Numbered from the stretch's first letter, positions 26,874 through 37,085 are shown. The stretch is DNA of 48,552 nucleotides from Planctomycetota bacterium (GCA_050248855.1 JBFWRP010000032.1:1-48552); one strand, 5' to 3'. Notes: generated by a model from the sequence alone, not told the origin. Numbers and translations are program-made.

Positions 26874-28001
26874 CTAGCGCTGGCCGCGGTCGACGGCGCC
26901 TGCGGGCTTGCGGCAGCCGGACGGATCGACCTCCCGGTTGGCAACGTCCTCGACGGTCACGTCGGCGCCGAGATCATCGCGCGCCTGGAACGCGTCCATC
27001 AGACGGAACAGCATCCCGCGCGCTTCGCTGGGAATGGAGTACGTCACCGTGAGCAGCTGGCCGTAGGGCAGGGCCGTGGGCCCCAGCTCCTTGGCCAACG
27101 CCATGAGCTGCCGATACCCCGAGGCCGGCCACGTGGTGTTCATCAGCTCGGCGCGGTTCTGTCCGGCCAACATCGCGAGCGTCTTGTCCTTCCGGAACGT
27201 GCTCTCGAGCTCGATGCCTTCGTTGACGGGGCCGACACGGAGGGTCACCGCGCCCTCGTCGGGGAACGTCCGCTCGCGATCGTGGTCGACGAAGATGTTG
27301 TTGACGTGATCGCGCAGCGTCGCCTCGCGCAGGAGGCGGGAAAGCGGCCAGGTCCCCGGGTCCTCTGCCGGGAAGTTGACGGTGCCTTCCTCGTGCTGGA
27401 ACTCGATGGAGACTTCCTGCCACAGGTCCCTTGCGCTGGGGATGCGCGTGACGGCCCAGATGGTGCGGTTGAGGGTGGGATCGTACGCCTGGACCCACTT
27501 CGCGCCCTCGCCCATGGGGCCGTGGGCGGGCGTGCGCGCGGGCACGGCCGTACGCGAGCCGCCGAGCAGGGTCGTGGTGCCGCCGTCGTCCGGCCCCCCG
27601 TGGCGCTCACGCGACTTGCGGAGCTTGTCCGTGAGCGCAGCCTCGACGGTGACCTTGACCTTGCCGGCGCGCTGCCCGAGGTGGGCCGCGGCTTGCGTCA
27701 ACGACTCCAGCTCGCGCGTCTCGTTGGTGCCCTTGTAGACGTGCAGGTTGCCCACGGGCAGGCCGTTGGCGTGCTCGAGGGTGGAGATCCGGCGATGGAG
27801 CCCCTCGAGGCGCGCTGCCAGCTCGGCGCCCGCGACCGGGTGCTGGGCGTCGAGGCGGTGCACGACGGCCTCGACCCGCTCGACCATGTCGCTGATGCGG
27901 CCACGCCACGCCTCGTCGGCGGCGGCGGGGCACGTGGCGCCGAGTGCCGCTACGGCGATCACGACGGCGAAGACCAGGCCCTGGGACAGCGGATTGCGCA
28001 T
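26874..28001 (-). CDS. Hypothetical secreted protein
   Basis: GGGAGG RBS; signal peptide ending PAAA; GC3-rich frame. Confidence 0.65.
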   Translation of the reverse strand: MRNPLSQGLVFAVVIAVAALGATCPAAADEAWRGRISDMVERVEAVVHRLDAQHPVAGAELAARLEGLHRRISTLEHANGLPVGNLHVYKGTNETRELESLTQAAAHLGQRAGKVKVTVEAALTDKLRKSRERHGGPDDGGTTTLLGGSRTAVPARTPAHGPMGEGAKWVQAYDPTLNRTIWAVTRIPSARDLWQEVSIEFQHEEGTVNFPAEDPGTWPLSRLLREATLRDHVNNIFVDHDRERTFPDEGAVTLRVGPVNEGIELESTFRKDKTLAMLAGQNRAELMNTTWPASGYRQLMALAKELGPTALPYGQLLTVTYSIPSEARGMLFRLMDAFQARDDLGADVTVEDVANREVDPSGCRKPAGAVDRGQR

Positions 28002-28092
28002 CGGACGCACCTCCCGTGCGGGGCCCCACGATAGCGCGGGGTCGCATGTGGAAACGCCGCGCGGCGCCCCGCGGCATCGGGCTCCCTCGGTT

Positions 28093-28548
28093 TCAGGAGC
28101 CCGATCGTCGCAGCACGGCCACGACGACTCCACTCGCGGCCGGGTCGAGGGGGCCATCCACGATGGCCGTGAGGAAGGCGGTGACCAGCAGCGGCGGCCG
28201 ACCGTCGCGCCAGACCCAGAGGGTGGGGCCGGCCTCCCCCGCGCCTTCCGGCGTGCTGGCCCCCCGGCCGTCGAGGTGGGAGACCCCGGGAGGCAGGGCG
28301 TCCACGACGACCAAGTCCCCATGTTCCGGCACGCGGCCACGCCTGACGACCAGCCCATCGCCGTCCCGCACCCCGTAGGCCGCGAGCCCCATGCCCGCGA
28401 CCCGGTAGAGCCGCGTGACTTCCGGATCGTCGGCCGCCAGGTCGGGCTCGACGAACGGACGGCAGGCCGGTCGTGGCAACGCGCGGACGAGATCGCCGGT
28501 GCCTGGCAGGGCCTGCGGGGGGAAGGGAGACGAGCTCTGCACGAACAT
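28093..28548 (-). CDS. Degenerate S24 (UmuD/LexA-like) domain protein
   Basis: LYRVAGMGLAAYGVRDGDGLVVRRGRVPEHGDLVVV resembles the RV.GDSM...GI.DGD.LVV....P..GD.VV pattern but lacks the Ser. Confidence 0.55.
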   Translation of the reverse strand: MFVQSSSPFPPQALPGTGDLVRALPRPACRPFVEPDLAADDPEVTRLYRVAGMGLAAYGVRDGDGLVVRRGRVPEHGDLVVVDALPPGVSHLDGRGASTPEGAGEAGPTLWVWRDGRPPLLVTAFLTAIVDGPLDPAASGVVVAVLRRSGS

Positions 28549-28615
28549 AGTGCTTACACGGTGGGGGGGACGTCGGGCTTGTCGCTCGCTGCCGGCCCGG
28601 ATAGAGCCGGGGCCC

Positions 28616-30898
28616 ATGTCGTGGACCCCCCTCGTTCTCGCCTTGCTCGCCACGGCGCTCGTGGGCGCCAGCCTGGTTGCCGCCGAGGACGTACCGGCGC
28701 CGCCCCCCGAGCCGCCGCGGCTGGATGCCGAGACCGCCCTCTCGGGCCGCGGCTTCGTCGTGGGGCTCCCGAGCTGGGAGTGGCGTCCCGGTCATCCCGA
28801 GCTCGTCCGCTGGGTTGGTGGGAAGGACGCCGACGGCGGGCGCGAACGTCGCCTGGTGCGCCGCCGCGCGGGCCAGGGCGAGATCGACCTCGTGCCGGCG
28901 GGGGCCCTCGCCCGCTGCGTGCCGCCGGAGCCGCGCCTCCCCGTCCACGGCATCGGTCGTCGGGGCGCGCCGAGCCACGTGTTCACCGAGGACGGCGGGC
29001 AGCTCCTGGTCGTCGAGCGCGGACACTTGGCGTGGTTCGACCTGCGCGAAGGGCGCGCCCCGGACGGACCCCCACGCGGCCGCTGTCTGCAGCGTCCCGC
29101 GGGCCCGATCGCGGACTTGAAGCCCGCGCCCGACGGCAGTGCCGTGGCCTTCTCCCACGACTACGACCTGTGGCTGGTGCCGACCGATGGGGGCCCGCCG
29201 CGGCAACGCACGCAGGGCGGTACCGAGGCCGTTCGGCACGCGACGCTCGACTGGGTCTACCCCGAGGAGCTCGGTCACGACACGGCGATCTGGTGGTCGC
29301 CCGATGCGAAGCGCATCGCGTTCCTCGCGATGGACGAGCGTGACGTGCCCACGTTCGAGGTGCCGCGCTTCGGCGGTCGCTACCCACGCCCGGAGACGAT
29401 GCGCTACCCCAAGGCCGGAGACCCCAACCCTCGCGTGCGCGTGGGCGTGGTCACGGCAGCGGGCGATGACTCTCCCGTCTGGCTCGACCTCGGGACGCCC
29501 GCGCCCGAGTACGTGGTCGGCGTGACCTGGGTCCCCGACAGCCAGCGCCTGCTCGTGGTCACGCTGGATCGCAACCAACAGCGCCTGCAGCTGCACCTGG
29601 TCCACGCCGAGACGGGCACGGTGCAAGCCGTCCTCGAGGAGACGGCGCCGGGGTGGATCAACCCGCCCCGCGCGCCCGAGTTCGTCGATGGCGAGCGCTT
29701 CCTCCAGCAGTCGGTCGCCACCTACGAGCCGACGTGGTGGCTCCGTCGCGTCACGGCGGACGGCATCGACGAGGGCGAGCAGCTGACCGGCCCCGACATG
29801 CAGGTGGTCGGACCCGTGCGCTACGACGCGCGGACGGGCCGCGCCGCCCTGGTGCGGCGTGAGGGCCTCATGCGTCGACCGTGGCTGCGCGAGGGCCCGG
29901 ACCAGCCCTGGCGTCCGCTGCCCGTCGGCGACGAGGGCGACGACGTCGCCGCGTCGTTCTCGGACGATCTTTCCCACGTCGTGTTGACCCGCAGCACGCC
30001 GCGCACGCCGCCCGTGAAGCTGTTGCGCAAGATCGGCTCGGCGGCCGCGGACGAGACGCTTGGGCGTGCGGCCCGTCCGGCGCTGGGCCAGCTGGAGCTT
30101 GCGGCCTACGAGGAGGGCGAGGCGCCGCTCCCCGACGACGCGGGCTCGCTCCTGCGCCCCGATGGCACGCCCGCGCGCATCCGCTGGCGGCTGTGGCGCC
30201 CCCCGACGATCGACGAGGGGGCCAAGCTGCCGGTGATCCTCGACGTGTACGGGGGACCGGGCTCGATCGCCGTCGACGGCGACTGGGGTCGCCAGGCGCT
30301 TTGGGCCACGTACCTGGCTTCGAGGGGCTTCCTCTACCTCCAGGTCGATGGCCGCGGCAGCGGCGGCCAGGGGACCGCGTTCGAGCAGGCCGTACGAGGC
30401 GGCCTGGGCCTCTCCGAGATCGACGACCAAGCGCGGGCGGTACGCGACGTGGCGGCGCGCTTCCCCTTCGTCGACGGCAGCCGCGTGGGCGTCTTCGGCT
30501 GGTCGTTTGGCGGCACGATGGCCTTGCTCGCGCTCACACGGCGCCCCGACGTGTTCCGCTGCGGCGTCGCCGTGGCGCCCGTCACCGACTGGCGGCTCTA
30601 CGACACGATCTACACCGAGCGCTTCATGGGTACGCCGAAGGACAACCCGATCGGCTACGAGGCGACGTCCCTTCTCGAGACGATCGGGCAGCTCCGAGGG
30701 CCCGTGCTGGTCGTGCACGGGCTTGCCGACGACAACGTGCACGCCCAGAACACGTTGCAGCTCGTCGAGCGCTCGATCCAGGCGGGCTGCACGACGCTCG
30801 AGACCATGCTCTACCCCGACGTGGGCCACGGCCTCGGCGGGGCCAAGGCCGACATGGTGCGGCGTCAGCTGGCGTTCTTCGAACGCCACCTGAAGTAG
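28616..30898 (+). CDS. S9B dipeptidyl-peptidase IV family peptidase
   Basis: DWVYPEE, WWSPD, RYPKAG, GWSFGG nucleophile motif, DDNVH, GHG. Confidence 0.93.
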   Translation: MSWTPLVLALLATALVGASLVAAEDVPAPPPEPPRLDAETALSGRGFVVGLPSWEWRPGHPELVRWVGGKDADGGRERRLVRRRAGQGEIDLVPAGALARCVPPEPRLPVHGIGRRGAPSHVFTEDGGQLLVVERGHLAWFDLREGRAPDGPPRGRCLQRPAGPIADLKPAPDGSAVAFSHDYDLWLVPTDGGPPRQRTQGGTEAVRHATLDWVYPEELGHDTAIWWSPDAKRIAFLAMDERDVPTFEVPRFGGRYPRPETMRYPKAGDPNPRVRVGVVTAAGDDSPVWLDLGTPAPEYVVGVTWVPDSQRLLVVTLDRNQQRLQLHLVHAETGTVQAVLEETAPGWINPPRAPEFVDGERFLQQSVATYEPTWWLRRVTADGIDEGEQLTGPDMQVVGPVRYDARTGRAALVRREGLMRRPWLREGPDQPWRPLPVGDEGDDVAASFSDDLSHVVLTRSTPRTPPVKLLRKIGSAAADETLGRAARPALGQLELAAYEEGEAPLPDDAGSLLRPDGTPARIRWRLWRPPTIDEGAKLPVILDVYGGPGSIAVDGDWGRQALWATYLASRGFLYLQVDGRGSGGQGTAFEQAVRGGLGLSEIDDQARAVRDVAARFPFVDGSRVGVFGWSFGGTMALLALTRRPDVFRCGVAVAPVTDWRLYDTIYTERFMGTPKDNPIGYEATSLLETIGQLRGPVLVVHGLADDNVHAQNTLQLVERSIQAGCTTLETMLYPDVGHGLGGAKADMVRRQLAFFERHLK

Positions 30899-30902
30899 GT
30901 GG

Positions 30903-31811
30903 CTAGCGACCCATGCGCTTCAGGTTGAACTTCGCGTCGGCGACGATGGACGTGAGGCGTTCGTCGCCTTCGTAGTCCTCGATCAGCTGCGTGTAGATGG
31001 CCTCCGCCCGCGCCGCTTCGCCGGCGGCGTTGGCCATGCGGGCTTCCATCCAGCGCACGAAGGGGCGCCGGACGTCGTCGAGCCCGCGGGCGGACAGGAG
31101 ATCGCTGGCCAGCTGCAGGCCGCGTTGATGCTCGCCGGCGTACTGCAGCGTCCAGCCGAGCTGGTAGGCGGCCTCGACGCCCGCCTTCGTGTCCAGGCCG
31201 CCGGTTCGGTCCATGAGCTCGCGAAACGTGCTTTCGGAGCTGGCGTAGTCGCCCGTGGTCCGCGCGCTCTGCCCGAGGAGCATGAGGGCGTCGGCGCGTT
31301 CCTCGTCGCTGAGCTCGCGTCCGAGCGCGTGCCGGACCTGGCGCATCACCAGGTAGGGGTCGCTGCCCGTCTTGGCGTAGAGCAGGTCGCGCGCCCTCTT
31401 GAGCAGCTCCGGTGTGGGAATGCTCCGCCACGCGCGCTCCTCGAGGCGCTTGGCGAGCGCGTCGATCGCATCGTCGGACCAGGTCACGGGGTTGCCGCCG
31501 GCGACCCACGCGGCGGGCCGCTGCGACGTCGCGTCTCCCTCGGGGTCAGCGGGCTCGTCGGTGTCTCGGGGCGTGCCGCGAAGACCCGGGCCCGCGCCTT
31601 CCTCGGGCGCTCCTGCGGCCTGCGAACCCGACCGTCGCTCCAGGGCCTCGAGGCGTCGCGTGAGCGCGCTGACCTCGGCCCCCAGGTGGTCGCGCTCGGT
31701 CACGATCTCCGAACCCGCCGAAGGCACGTCGCGCATCCACGCGCCCAGGGCGAAGGCGCCCGCTCCCATGCCTGCCCCCAAGATCCACATCAGCGCGTTT
31801 GCATGCTTCAC
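30903..31811 (-). CDS. Membrane-anchored TPR-like protein
   Basis: GTG start with GGAGGG RBS; N-terminal TM and coiled coil; ADALMLLG, AAYQLGW, AEAIYTQLIEDY helical repeats. Confidence 0.7.
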   Translation of the reverse strand: MKHANALMWILGAGMGAGAFALGAWMRDVPSAGSEIVTERDHLGAEVSALTRRLEALERRSGSQAAGAPEEGAGPGLRGTPRDTDEPADPEGDATSQRPAAWVAGGNPVTWSDDAIDALAKRLEERAWRSIPTPELLKRARDLLYAKTGSDPYLVMRQVRHALGRELSDEERADALMLLGQSARTTGDYASSESTFRELMDRTGGLDTKAGVEAAYQLGWTLQYAGEHQRGLQLASDLLSARGLDDVRRPFVRWMEARMANAAGEAARAEAIYTQLIEDYEGDERLTSIVADAKFNLKRMGR

Positions 31812-31901
31812 GGCACCCTCCAAGCGTCCAAGGGCCGAACCTCTGCCAAGATAGCGCCTCGCCCGGGCCGCTGCTCGAGCCCTGGATCCAGGAGGAGCCC
31901 C

Positions 31902-32477
31902 ATGGTGATCAAGCCCCTCGGCCTGCCGGTCGGCAGCGTTCGTGCCCTGCTCCTGCTCGGCCTCTCGGCCCGTGCGGTGCTCGACCTCCGCAGCGACGGC
32001 GAGGTTGCGCCGTGGCTCCTGACGGCGCTCGCGATCGCCGCGTCGGCCTACTTCGCCTCGCGCAGTGCCATGAACGCTTCGCGTGGTGCCCTGCAGGCCT
32101 CGGCAGCGGGGGACGCCGCGGGCACGCGGCGGCACCCGTTGGGTCTGCCCGCCGGCTCGGTCCGCTTCCTGTTCCTGGCTGCGTTGGCCTACGGCGGATG
32201 GCTTTGGTGGCAGGGGCACGAAGATGCGGCGGCGCGCATGCCCGTCGTGTGGGTCGCCGGGGCGTTCGTGCTCGGCATCCTGGTGCGCTGGCTCATGGTG
32301 CGGTTGCGGCCCGAAGATGTGGGCGCGCGTTTCTTCGACCACCTGTTGGCGCTGATTGCGCTCATCTCCGTGGTGGGTCTGGTGGCCCTTGCCGTGACGC
32401 GGCGAGACGCGTCCGTCTCGGACTGGGTCCAGCCGCTGCTTGCGGCCGTCGTCGTGCACTACTTCGGATCGCGCTGA
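31902..32477 (+). CDS. Integral membrane protein with duplicated PLGLP.GSVR motif
   Basis: GGAGGAG RBS; PLGLPVGSVR and PLGLPAGSVR; several hydrophobic helices. Confidence 0.75.
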   Translation: MVIKPLGLPVGSVRALLLLGLSARAVLDLRSDGEVAPWLLTALAIAASAYFASRSAMNASRGALQASAAGDAAGTRRHPLGLPAGSVRFLFLAALAYGGWLWWQGHEDAAARMPVVWVAGAFVLGILVRWLMVRLRPEDVGARFFDHLLALIALISVVGLVALAVTRRDASVSDWVQPLLAAVVVHYFGSR

Positions 32478-32840
32478 TCAGAGGCGCTCGAGCGTCTCCA
32501 CGCGACGTGGGTCGTCCAGATCGTCACCCGTGTTGACGGTGCTTGCGGGCTCGAACAGCAGGACGTGGGCGTACGGCTCGGCGATGGGCAGGTGCTCCAC
32601 GCCGCGCGGCACGACGTGGAGCTGGCCGGGCCCCAGCACCACGTCGCGGTCCCGAAGGCGGAGGCGGAGGCTGCCCTCCAGCACGAGGAACAGCTCGTCT
32701 TCCTCCGCGTGGCTGTGCCACGTGAACTCGCCCTCCAGCCGCGCGATCTTGGCGTGGAAGCCGTTGACCTCGCCCACGATGCGCGGCGTCCAGGGCTTGT
32801 CGATGCGTCGGAAGGCCTCGGCGAGATCGATGACGTCCAT
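32478..32840 (-). CDS. Cupin-domain protein
   Basis: GEFTWHSHAEEDELFLVLEG, VPRGVEHLP. Confidence 0.9.
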   Translation of the reverse strand: MDVIDLAEAFRRIDKPWTPRIVGEVNGFHAKIARLEGEFTWHSHAEEDELFLVLEGSLRLRLRDRDVVLGPGQLHVVPRGVEHLPIAEPYAHVLLFEPASTVNTGDDLDDPRRVETLERL

Positions 32841-32861
32841 GGAGCGAAGGTACCTCGCGGG

Positions 32862-33935
32862 CTACCCGCCGCGCTTCTCCTCGCTCCGTCGCTTGCCGGC
32901 CTGGCCGATCTGCTTCCAGCGCCGCTGCTCGGCGATGCGCGCGAGCGGATTCGCCTTGCGACGCTGCCAGGCGGCCTCGCGCTCGAGGCGGCGCCACGAG
33001 GCGACCCGCTCGGGATCCAGCTCGCCCGCCTCGATCGCGGCGGCGACGGCGCAGCCCGGCTCGCTGGCGTGCTGGCAGTCGCGGAACCGGCACTCGGCGG
33101 CCAGGGCTTCGAGGTCGGCGAACGCGGCCTCCAGCGCCTCGTCGTCGGCGATCAGGCCCAGCTCGCGCATCCCGGGCGTGTCGATCAGCAGCGCGCCGCC
33201 CGGCAGCGCGAACAGGCTGCGCTGCGTCGTCGTGTGCTGACCGCGTTGGTCCCGGTCGCGCACGGGCGTCACGACCTGGCGCTGCTCGCCGAGCAGGGCA
33301 TTCAGGAGCGTGGACTTGCCGACGCCCGACGACCCGACCACGACGGCCGTCTGGCGCGGGGAGAGGGCCTCCGCCACCGCCTCCACGCCGACGCCGTCGC
33401 GCGCACAGACGGCGAGGACCGTCGTGCCGGGCGAGAGGGCCTGCGCTTCGTCGCGGCGAGCCTCGGCGTCGGGAGCGAGGTCGCTCTTGGTCAGCACGAC
33501 CAGCGGCGAGGCGCCGCTGTCCCACGCAAACGCGAGGTAGCGCTCCAACCGCCGCGGGTTCCAGTCGTCGTCCAGCGCCATCGCGATGACGACGATGTCG
33601 ACGTTGGTCGCGAGCAGCTGCGAGCCGCTGCCGCGACCCGCTTGCTTGCGACGCAGCACGCTGCGCCGCGGGAGGATGGCGTGCAGCGTCACGCGGTCTT
33701 CCCCGTGGCGCAGGCTCACGGCCACGACGTCGCCTACGGCGGGTAGGTCGTCGGCCGACAGCGCAGCGTGCCGCAAGCGGCCGCTGGGTTCGGCGAGGGC
33801 TTCGCCGTGGTCAAGCAGCACCCGCCAGCGGTCGCGACGCTCGTCGGCGACGCGGGCCAGATGCCAGGTAGGTTGATCGAGTGCGGCGAGCGCCGCGCGA
33901 TCCGCGGTCGTCACGCCCCAGGCTTCAAGGGACAT
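32862..33935 (-). CDS. rsgA: Ribosome small-subunit-dependent GTPase A
   Basis: PAVGD, TKSD, GSSGVGKST, HTTT, DTPGMRE, CRFRDCQH..EPGC. Confidence 0.93.
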   Translation of the reverse strand: MSLEAWGVTTADRAALAALDQPTWHLARVADERRDRWRVLLDHGEALAEPSGRLRHAALSADDLPAVGDVVAVSLRHGEDRVTLHAILPRRSVLRRKQAGRGSGSQLLATNVDIVVIAMALDDDWNPRRLERYLAFAWDSGASPLVVLTKSDLAPDAEARRDEAQALSPGTTVLAVCARDGVGVEAVAEALSPRQTAVVVGSSGVGKSTLLNALLGEQRQVVTPVRDRDQRGQHTTTQRSLFALPGGALLIDTPGMRELGLIADDEALEAAFADLEALAAECRFRDCQHASEPGCAVAAAIEAGELDPERVASWRRLEREAAWQRRKANPLARIAEQRRWKQIGQAGKRRSEEKRGG

Positions 33936-34100
33936 CGCAAGGCTCCGAAGGATGCGCCCGGTACGAGGGGGTACGCGACGCACGGCGGGCGTGCGTGCAT
34001 CGCGAGGGCTCCGGACCTCACGTGGGTTGCGGAGCAGCGCCTCCGGGCGGTGCGACCCAGGGGCTCGAGCGGCGCCCCCGGCCTCGTGGTCGTCGACGCT

Positions 34101-34163
34101 CTAGCGGACGATCGGGGCGGAGGGGGAGCGGCGTGCGCCGAGAGCAGCAGGTTGCGCGTGCAT
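34101..34163 (-). CDS. Putative 20-aa leader peptide upstream of rsgA
   Basis: GGAGGAGGAG RBS, then ATG and MHAQPAALGARRSPSAPIVR*. Confidence 0.4.
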   Translation of the reverse strand: MHAQPAALGARRSPSAPIVR

Positions 34164-34249
34164 GGTGGCTCCTCCTCCGGTTCGTGGTCGCGGTTGACGC
34201 GAAGACCCTAGAGGCGCGGCGGCGCCCACGCAAGCCCGTACCCGACACG

Positions 34250-35494
34250 TCAGGACCGCCGGCTCCACCCCAGGTGTTCATGGACCTGCGCGAGGGCGCG
34301 CCGGTCGGGTTCGAAGGCCAGCTCCTTCGCGCTGCGCTCGAAGGCCTCCACGGCGAGCTCGCTGGCGGCGGGGCCGAGGGCGCCGTGATCCGCACGATCC
34401 AAGAGGGCCAGGCTCTTCTGGAGGCGGATCGCGACCTCGACGTGGCCTGCACCATCTCGTCCGATCGCGCCGAAGGCGTCGCGCAGCACGTCGTTGCTCG
34501 CCACGCGCTCCGCCGTGATGTGCTCGTGCCGGATCTCGCCATCGCCGCCCGCTGCGTGCGCTCGGGACCAGTCCACCAGCAGCCGTGTCATGGCGCGCAG
34601 CACGCTGATCGCCGTGCCGGGGTCGTTGACGGCCGGCGAGAGCGCGCGGGAGGCGATCTCGGAGAGACAGATCAGCCCGAAGCGGGCATCCTCGTCGAAG
34701 GTGCGGGACGTACCCAGGGCGAACGCCTTCCGTACCCGCTCGTGCAGGTCCTCGCCCGCGTGCTCCGAGATCGCGAGGACCGACCCGGGGCCCACGAGCG
34801 ACCCGGGTCGCGCCACGATGTGCAGCGTGCCGTCCAGCTCCCTTGCCATGAGCTCCAGATGGTCGGCATCCACGGACTGTACGTAGCCCACCTCGTCGGC
34901 ATGGATCTCGATGCCCTTCGCGGGCCGCTTCGCGATGCGGCCCCCGAACGCGGGGGCCTTCGCATCGCGCTCCAGCGCATCGTTCGTGGCCTTCTCGATG
35001 GTGCGGATCGCTTCCTCGACACCACCGATGCGGCTCAGTCGCTGGATCCAGCCGATCAGGGTGTACGTGACGAGCCCGATGAGCGCCATGGCGAGCACGA
35101 AGACGATGAAGCATCCCACGTCGTCGTAGAAGCCCGTCGTGATGCCGATCAGCCCGACGGTGCTGAACAGGAAAGCGCCTATGAACGTGGAGATGGCGTT
35201 CTGCGCACTTCGGTCCTCGGTCATCAAGGAGCGCGCGCGAGGCGTGGCCGACTGCGCCGCGGCCTGCAGGGCGGAGAACATGGTGGCCACTGCGAAGATG
35301 GCCACCGCAGGCATGCTCGTCGCGAGGATGGTGAGCGTCTTCTCGACGGCGTCCCGTGTCATCCACGCTGCCCACGTCCGCGGCACGATGGCGCCCAGCA
35401 AGGGGGCCAGCGCGAGGATCGCCACGGCACTGAGCGCCGAGACCGCGGGCCGGAACCAGATCGAGCGTCGGATCTGTCGCCAGCGGAGCCTCAC
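34250..35494 (-). CDS. DUF2254-family membrane protein
   Basis: SIWFRPA, ATPRA, QNAISTFIGAFLFS, EIASRALSPAVNDPGTAI. Confidence 0.88.
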   Translation of the reverse strand: MRLRWRQIRRSIWFRPAVSALSAVAILALAPLLGAIVPRTWAAWMTRDAVEKTLTILATSMPAVAIFAVATMFSALQAAAQSATPRARSLMTEDRSAQNAISTFIGAFLFSTVGLIGITTGFYDDVGCFIVFVLAMALIGLVTYTLIGWIQRLSRIGGVEEAIRTIEKATNDALERDAKAPAFGGRIAKRPAKGIEIHADEVGYVQSVDADHLELMARELDGTLHIVARPGSLVGPGSVLAISEHAGEDLHERVRKAFALGTSRTFDEDARFGLICLSEIASRALSPAVNDPGTAISVLRAMTRLLVDWSRAHAAGGDGEIRHEHITAERVASNDVLRDAFGAIGRDGAGHVEVAIRLQKSLALLDRADHGALGPAASELAVEAFERSAKELAFEPDRRALAQVHEHLGWSRRS

Positions 35495-35576
35495 GGCTGC
35501 GGAGTGTCGTCACGAACGGGTGGGGGGCGCAACCCTGCGCGTGACCGTCGCTCCGGGACGCACCTTGCCGTCGCGG

Positions 35577-37085
35577 TCAGCGACGTGCCGCGTCGGGTAG
35601 GCGAGGCGCCTCGTAGGGGATGTCGATGAACTCGGTGAACCAGCGCACGGACCGCGGCTTGGCCTTCCAGGAGAGGCCGTCGAGCGTGACGCGGAACCGG
35701 CGGCCCACGACGAGCTGGAAGTCCACGGGGCGGAAGATCACCAGGTAGGGGATTCCGCGGCTCTCCGTCTGCACGCCCTGGGCCTCCAGGGGCAAGGCCG
35801 GCCCACACGGCAGGAAGTCGGGCCCGACGGGCTCCACGGTGATGGCGAGCTTGGCAAGGACCGGCGCCTCGAAGTGCTTCGGGGACAGCGAGACGCTCCA
35901 GGCCCAGTGTCGCTCCATCCACGGCGCAGGCATGTAGCCAGGGGGTGGAAGGGACACGAAGCGGAAGTCGGGCACCTGTACCCGCTTGCCATCGATGGCG
36001 TACATGGCGGTGAAGCCCTCGTGATGGCCGAAGCCGGTCGCGGCCATGGACGGGTTGATGCACCAGCACCGGTGGCCCACGCGATCGATGTTGGTCGGAT
36101 CGGAGTCGTCCATGTAGCCGCGCACGGATCTGCACGCGCGGTGGCCCTTGTGCAGGTTGCAGCTGGCCGCGCCCTTGGCGGCGGGATCGAAGCGCTCGGC
36201 CGGCCAGCCTGGGTTCCGTGGGGTGTGCGTGAGCTCGTCGATCGCCGCGCAGATCTCGGACGCGGCCTGGGCCAATGCGGCGTAGCCTTCGTCCTCCCGG
36301 ATGTCGTGGGGCACGCCCATCAGGAAGCGGTACGCCATCAGCTGGCGTCGCGCCAGCTCGCGATCTGCCGCCAGCTCGTCGTCGGGCAGCGGTGCCTCCC
36401 CCGCCAAGATCCTTGCGAGTGTGGAGCGGAGGACATCGGGGGCCACGGGGAACGGCACGATGCCGTCCACCTCCACGGGCGTGCCGTGCTCCCAGGTCTG
36501 CTTCGTGAGCTGCGTCTTCCCCTGGAACGCCTCGTAGGTGCCGTCGAGCAGACCCTTGTCGTGGGTCGTGCGAACTGCGACGGCCCCTGCGTCATCCCAG
36601 GTCTGGTACTTGCCGTGCAACACTCCGTTGCGATACGTCGTCACCAAGCGCAAGCGTCGGTTGGGATGCCAGGCCTTGAAGGGCCCGTGCAGCTGTCCCC
36701 GGACGTACGCCGCCTGCTCGACGAGCGCACCGGCTTCGTTGAACTCGCGTCGCGGTCCCTGGAGCTGATCGCCGCGGTACTCTTCCGAGATGCGCAGGGT
36801 GCCCGTCTCGTCGTAGTGCTTGGTCGCGCCGTGTCGCTGCCCAGCCTTCCACGTGGACTCCTCGGCCAGGATCTCGGCGCGATGCCAGCGCTGGTAGCTG
36901 CCGTCCTTGCGGCCCTCGGCATCCACCTCGTAGCGAACCAAGATGGTGCCGTCGGCACCCGTCTCTACCACGACGCCGGGCTCGACGGGAGCGGCGGGCT
37001 CGTCATCCGCCAGCCCACGAGCGGCCAAGGCGCAGCCCATCGCGAGCAGCACGACGACCCCGAGACGCCAACGCATCGAACCCAT
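35577..37085 (-). CDS. Secreted protein with MORN-variant repeats and a CAP-like domain
   Basis: Signal peptide; repeated Y..G.L.G....W/Y units; MDDSDPTNIDRVGHRCWCINP. Confidence 0.75.
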   Translation of the reverse strand: MGSMRWRLGVVVLLAMGCALAARGLADDEPAAPVEPGVVVETGADGTILVRYEVDAEGRKDGSYQRWHRAEILAEESTWKAGQRHGATKHYDETGTLRISEEYRGDQLQGPRREFNEAGALVEQAAYVRGQLHGPFKAWHPNRRLRLVTTYRNGVLHGKYQTWDDAGAVAVRTTHDKGLLDGTYEAFQGKTQLTKQTWEHGTPVEVDGIVPFPVAPDVLRSTLARILAGEAPLPDDELAADRELARRQLMAYRFLMGVPHDIREDEGYAALAQAASEICAAIDELTHTPRNPGWPAERFDPAAKGAASCNLHKGHRACRSVRGYMDDSDPTNIDRVGHRCWCINPSMAATGFGHHEGFTAMYAIDGKRVQVPDFRFVSLPPPGYMPAPWMERHWAWSVSLSPKHFEAPVLAKLAITVEPVGPDFLPCGPALPLEAQGVQTESRGIPYLVIFRPVDFQLVVGRRFRVTLDGLSWKAKPRSVRWFTEFIDIPYEAPRLPDAARR

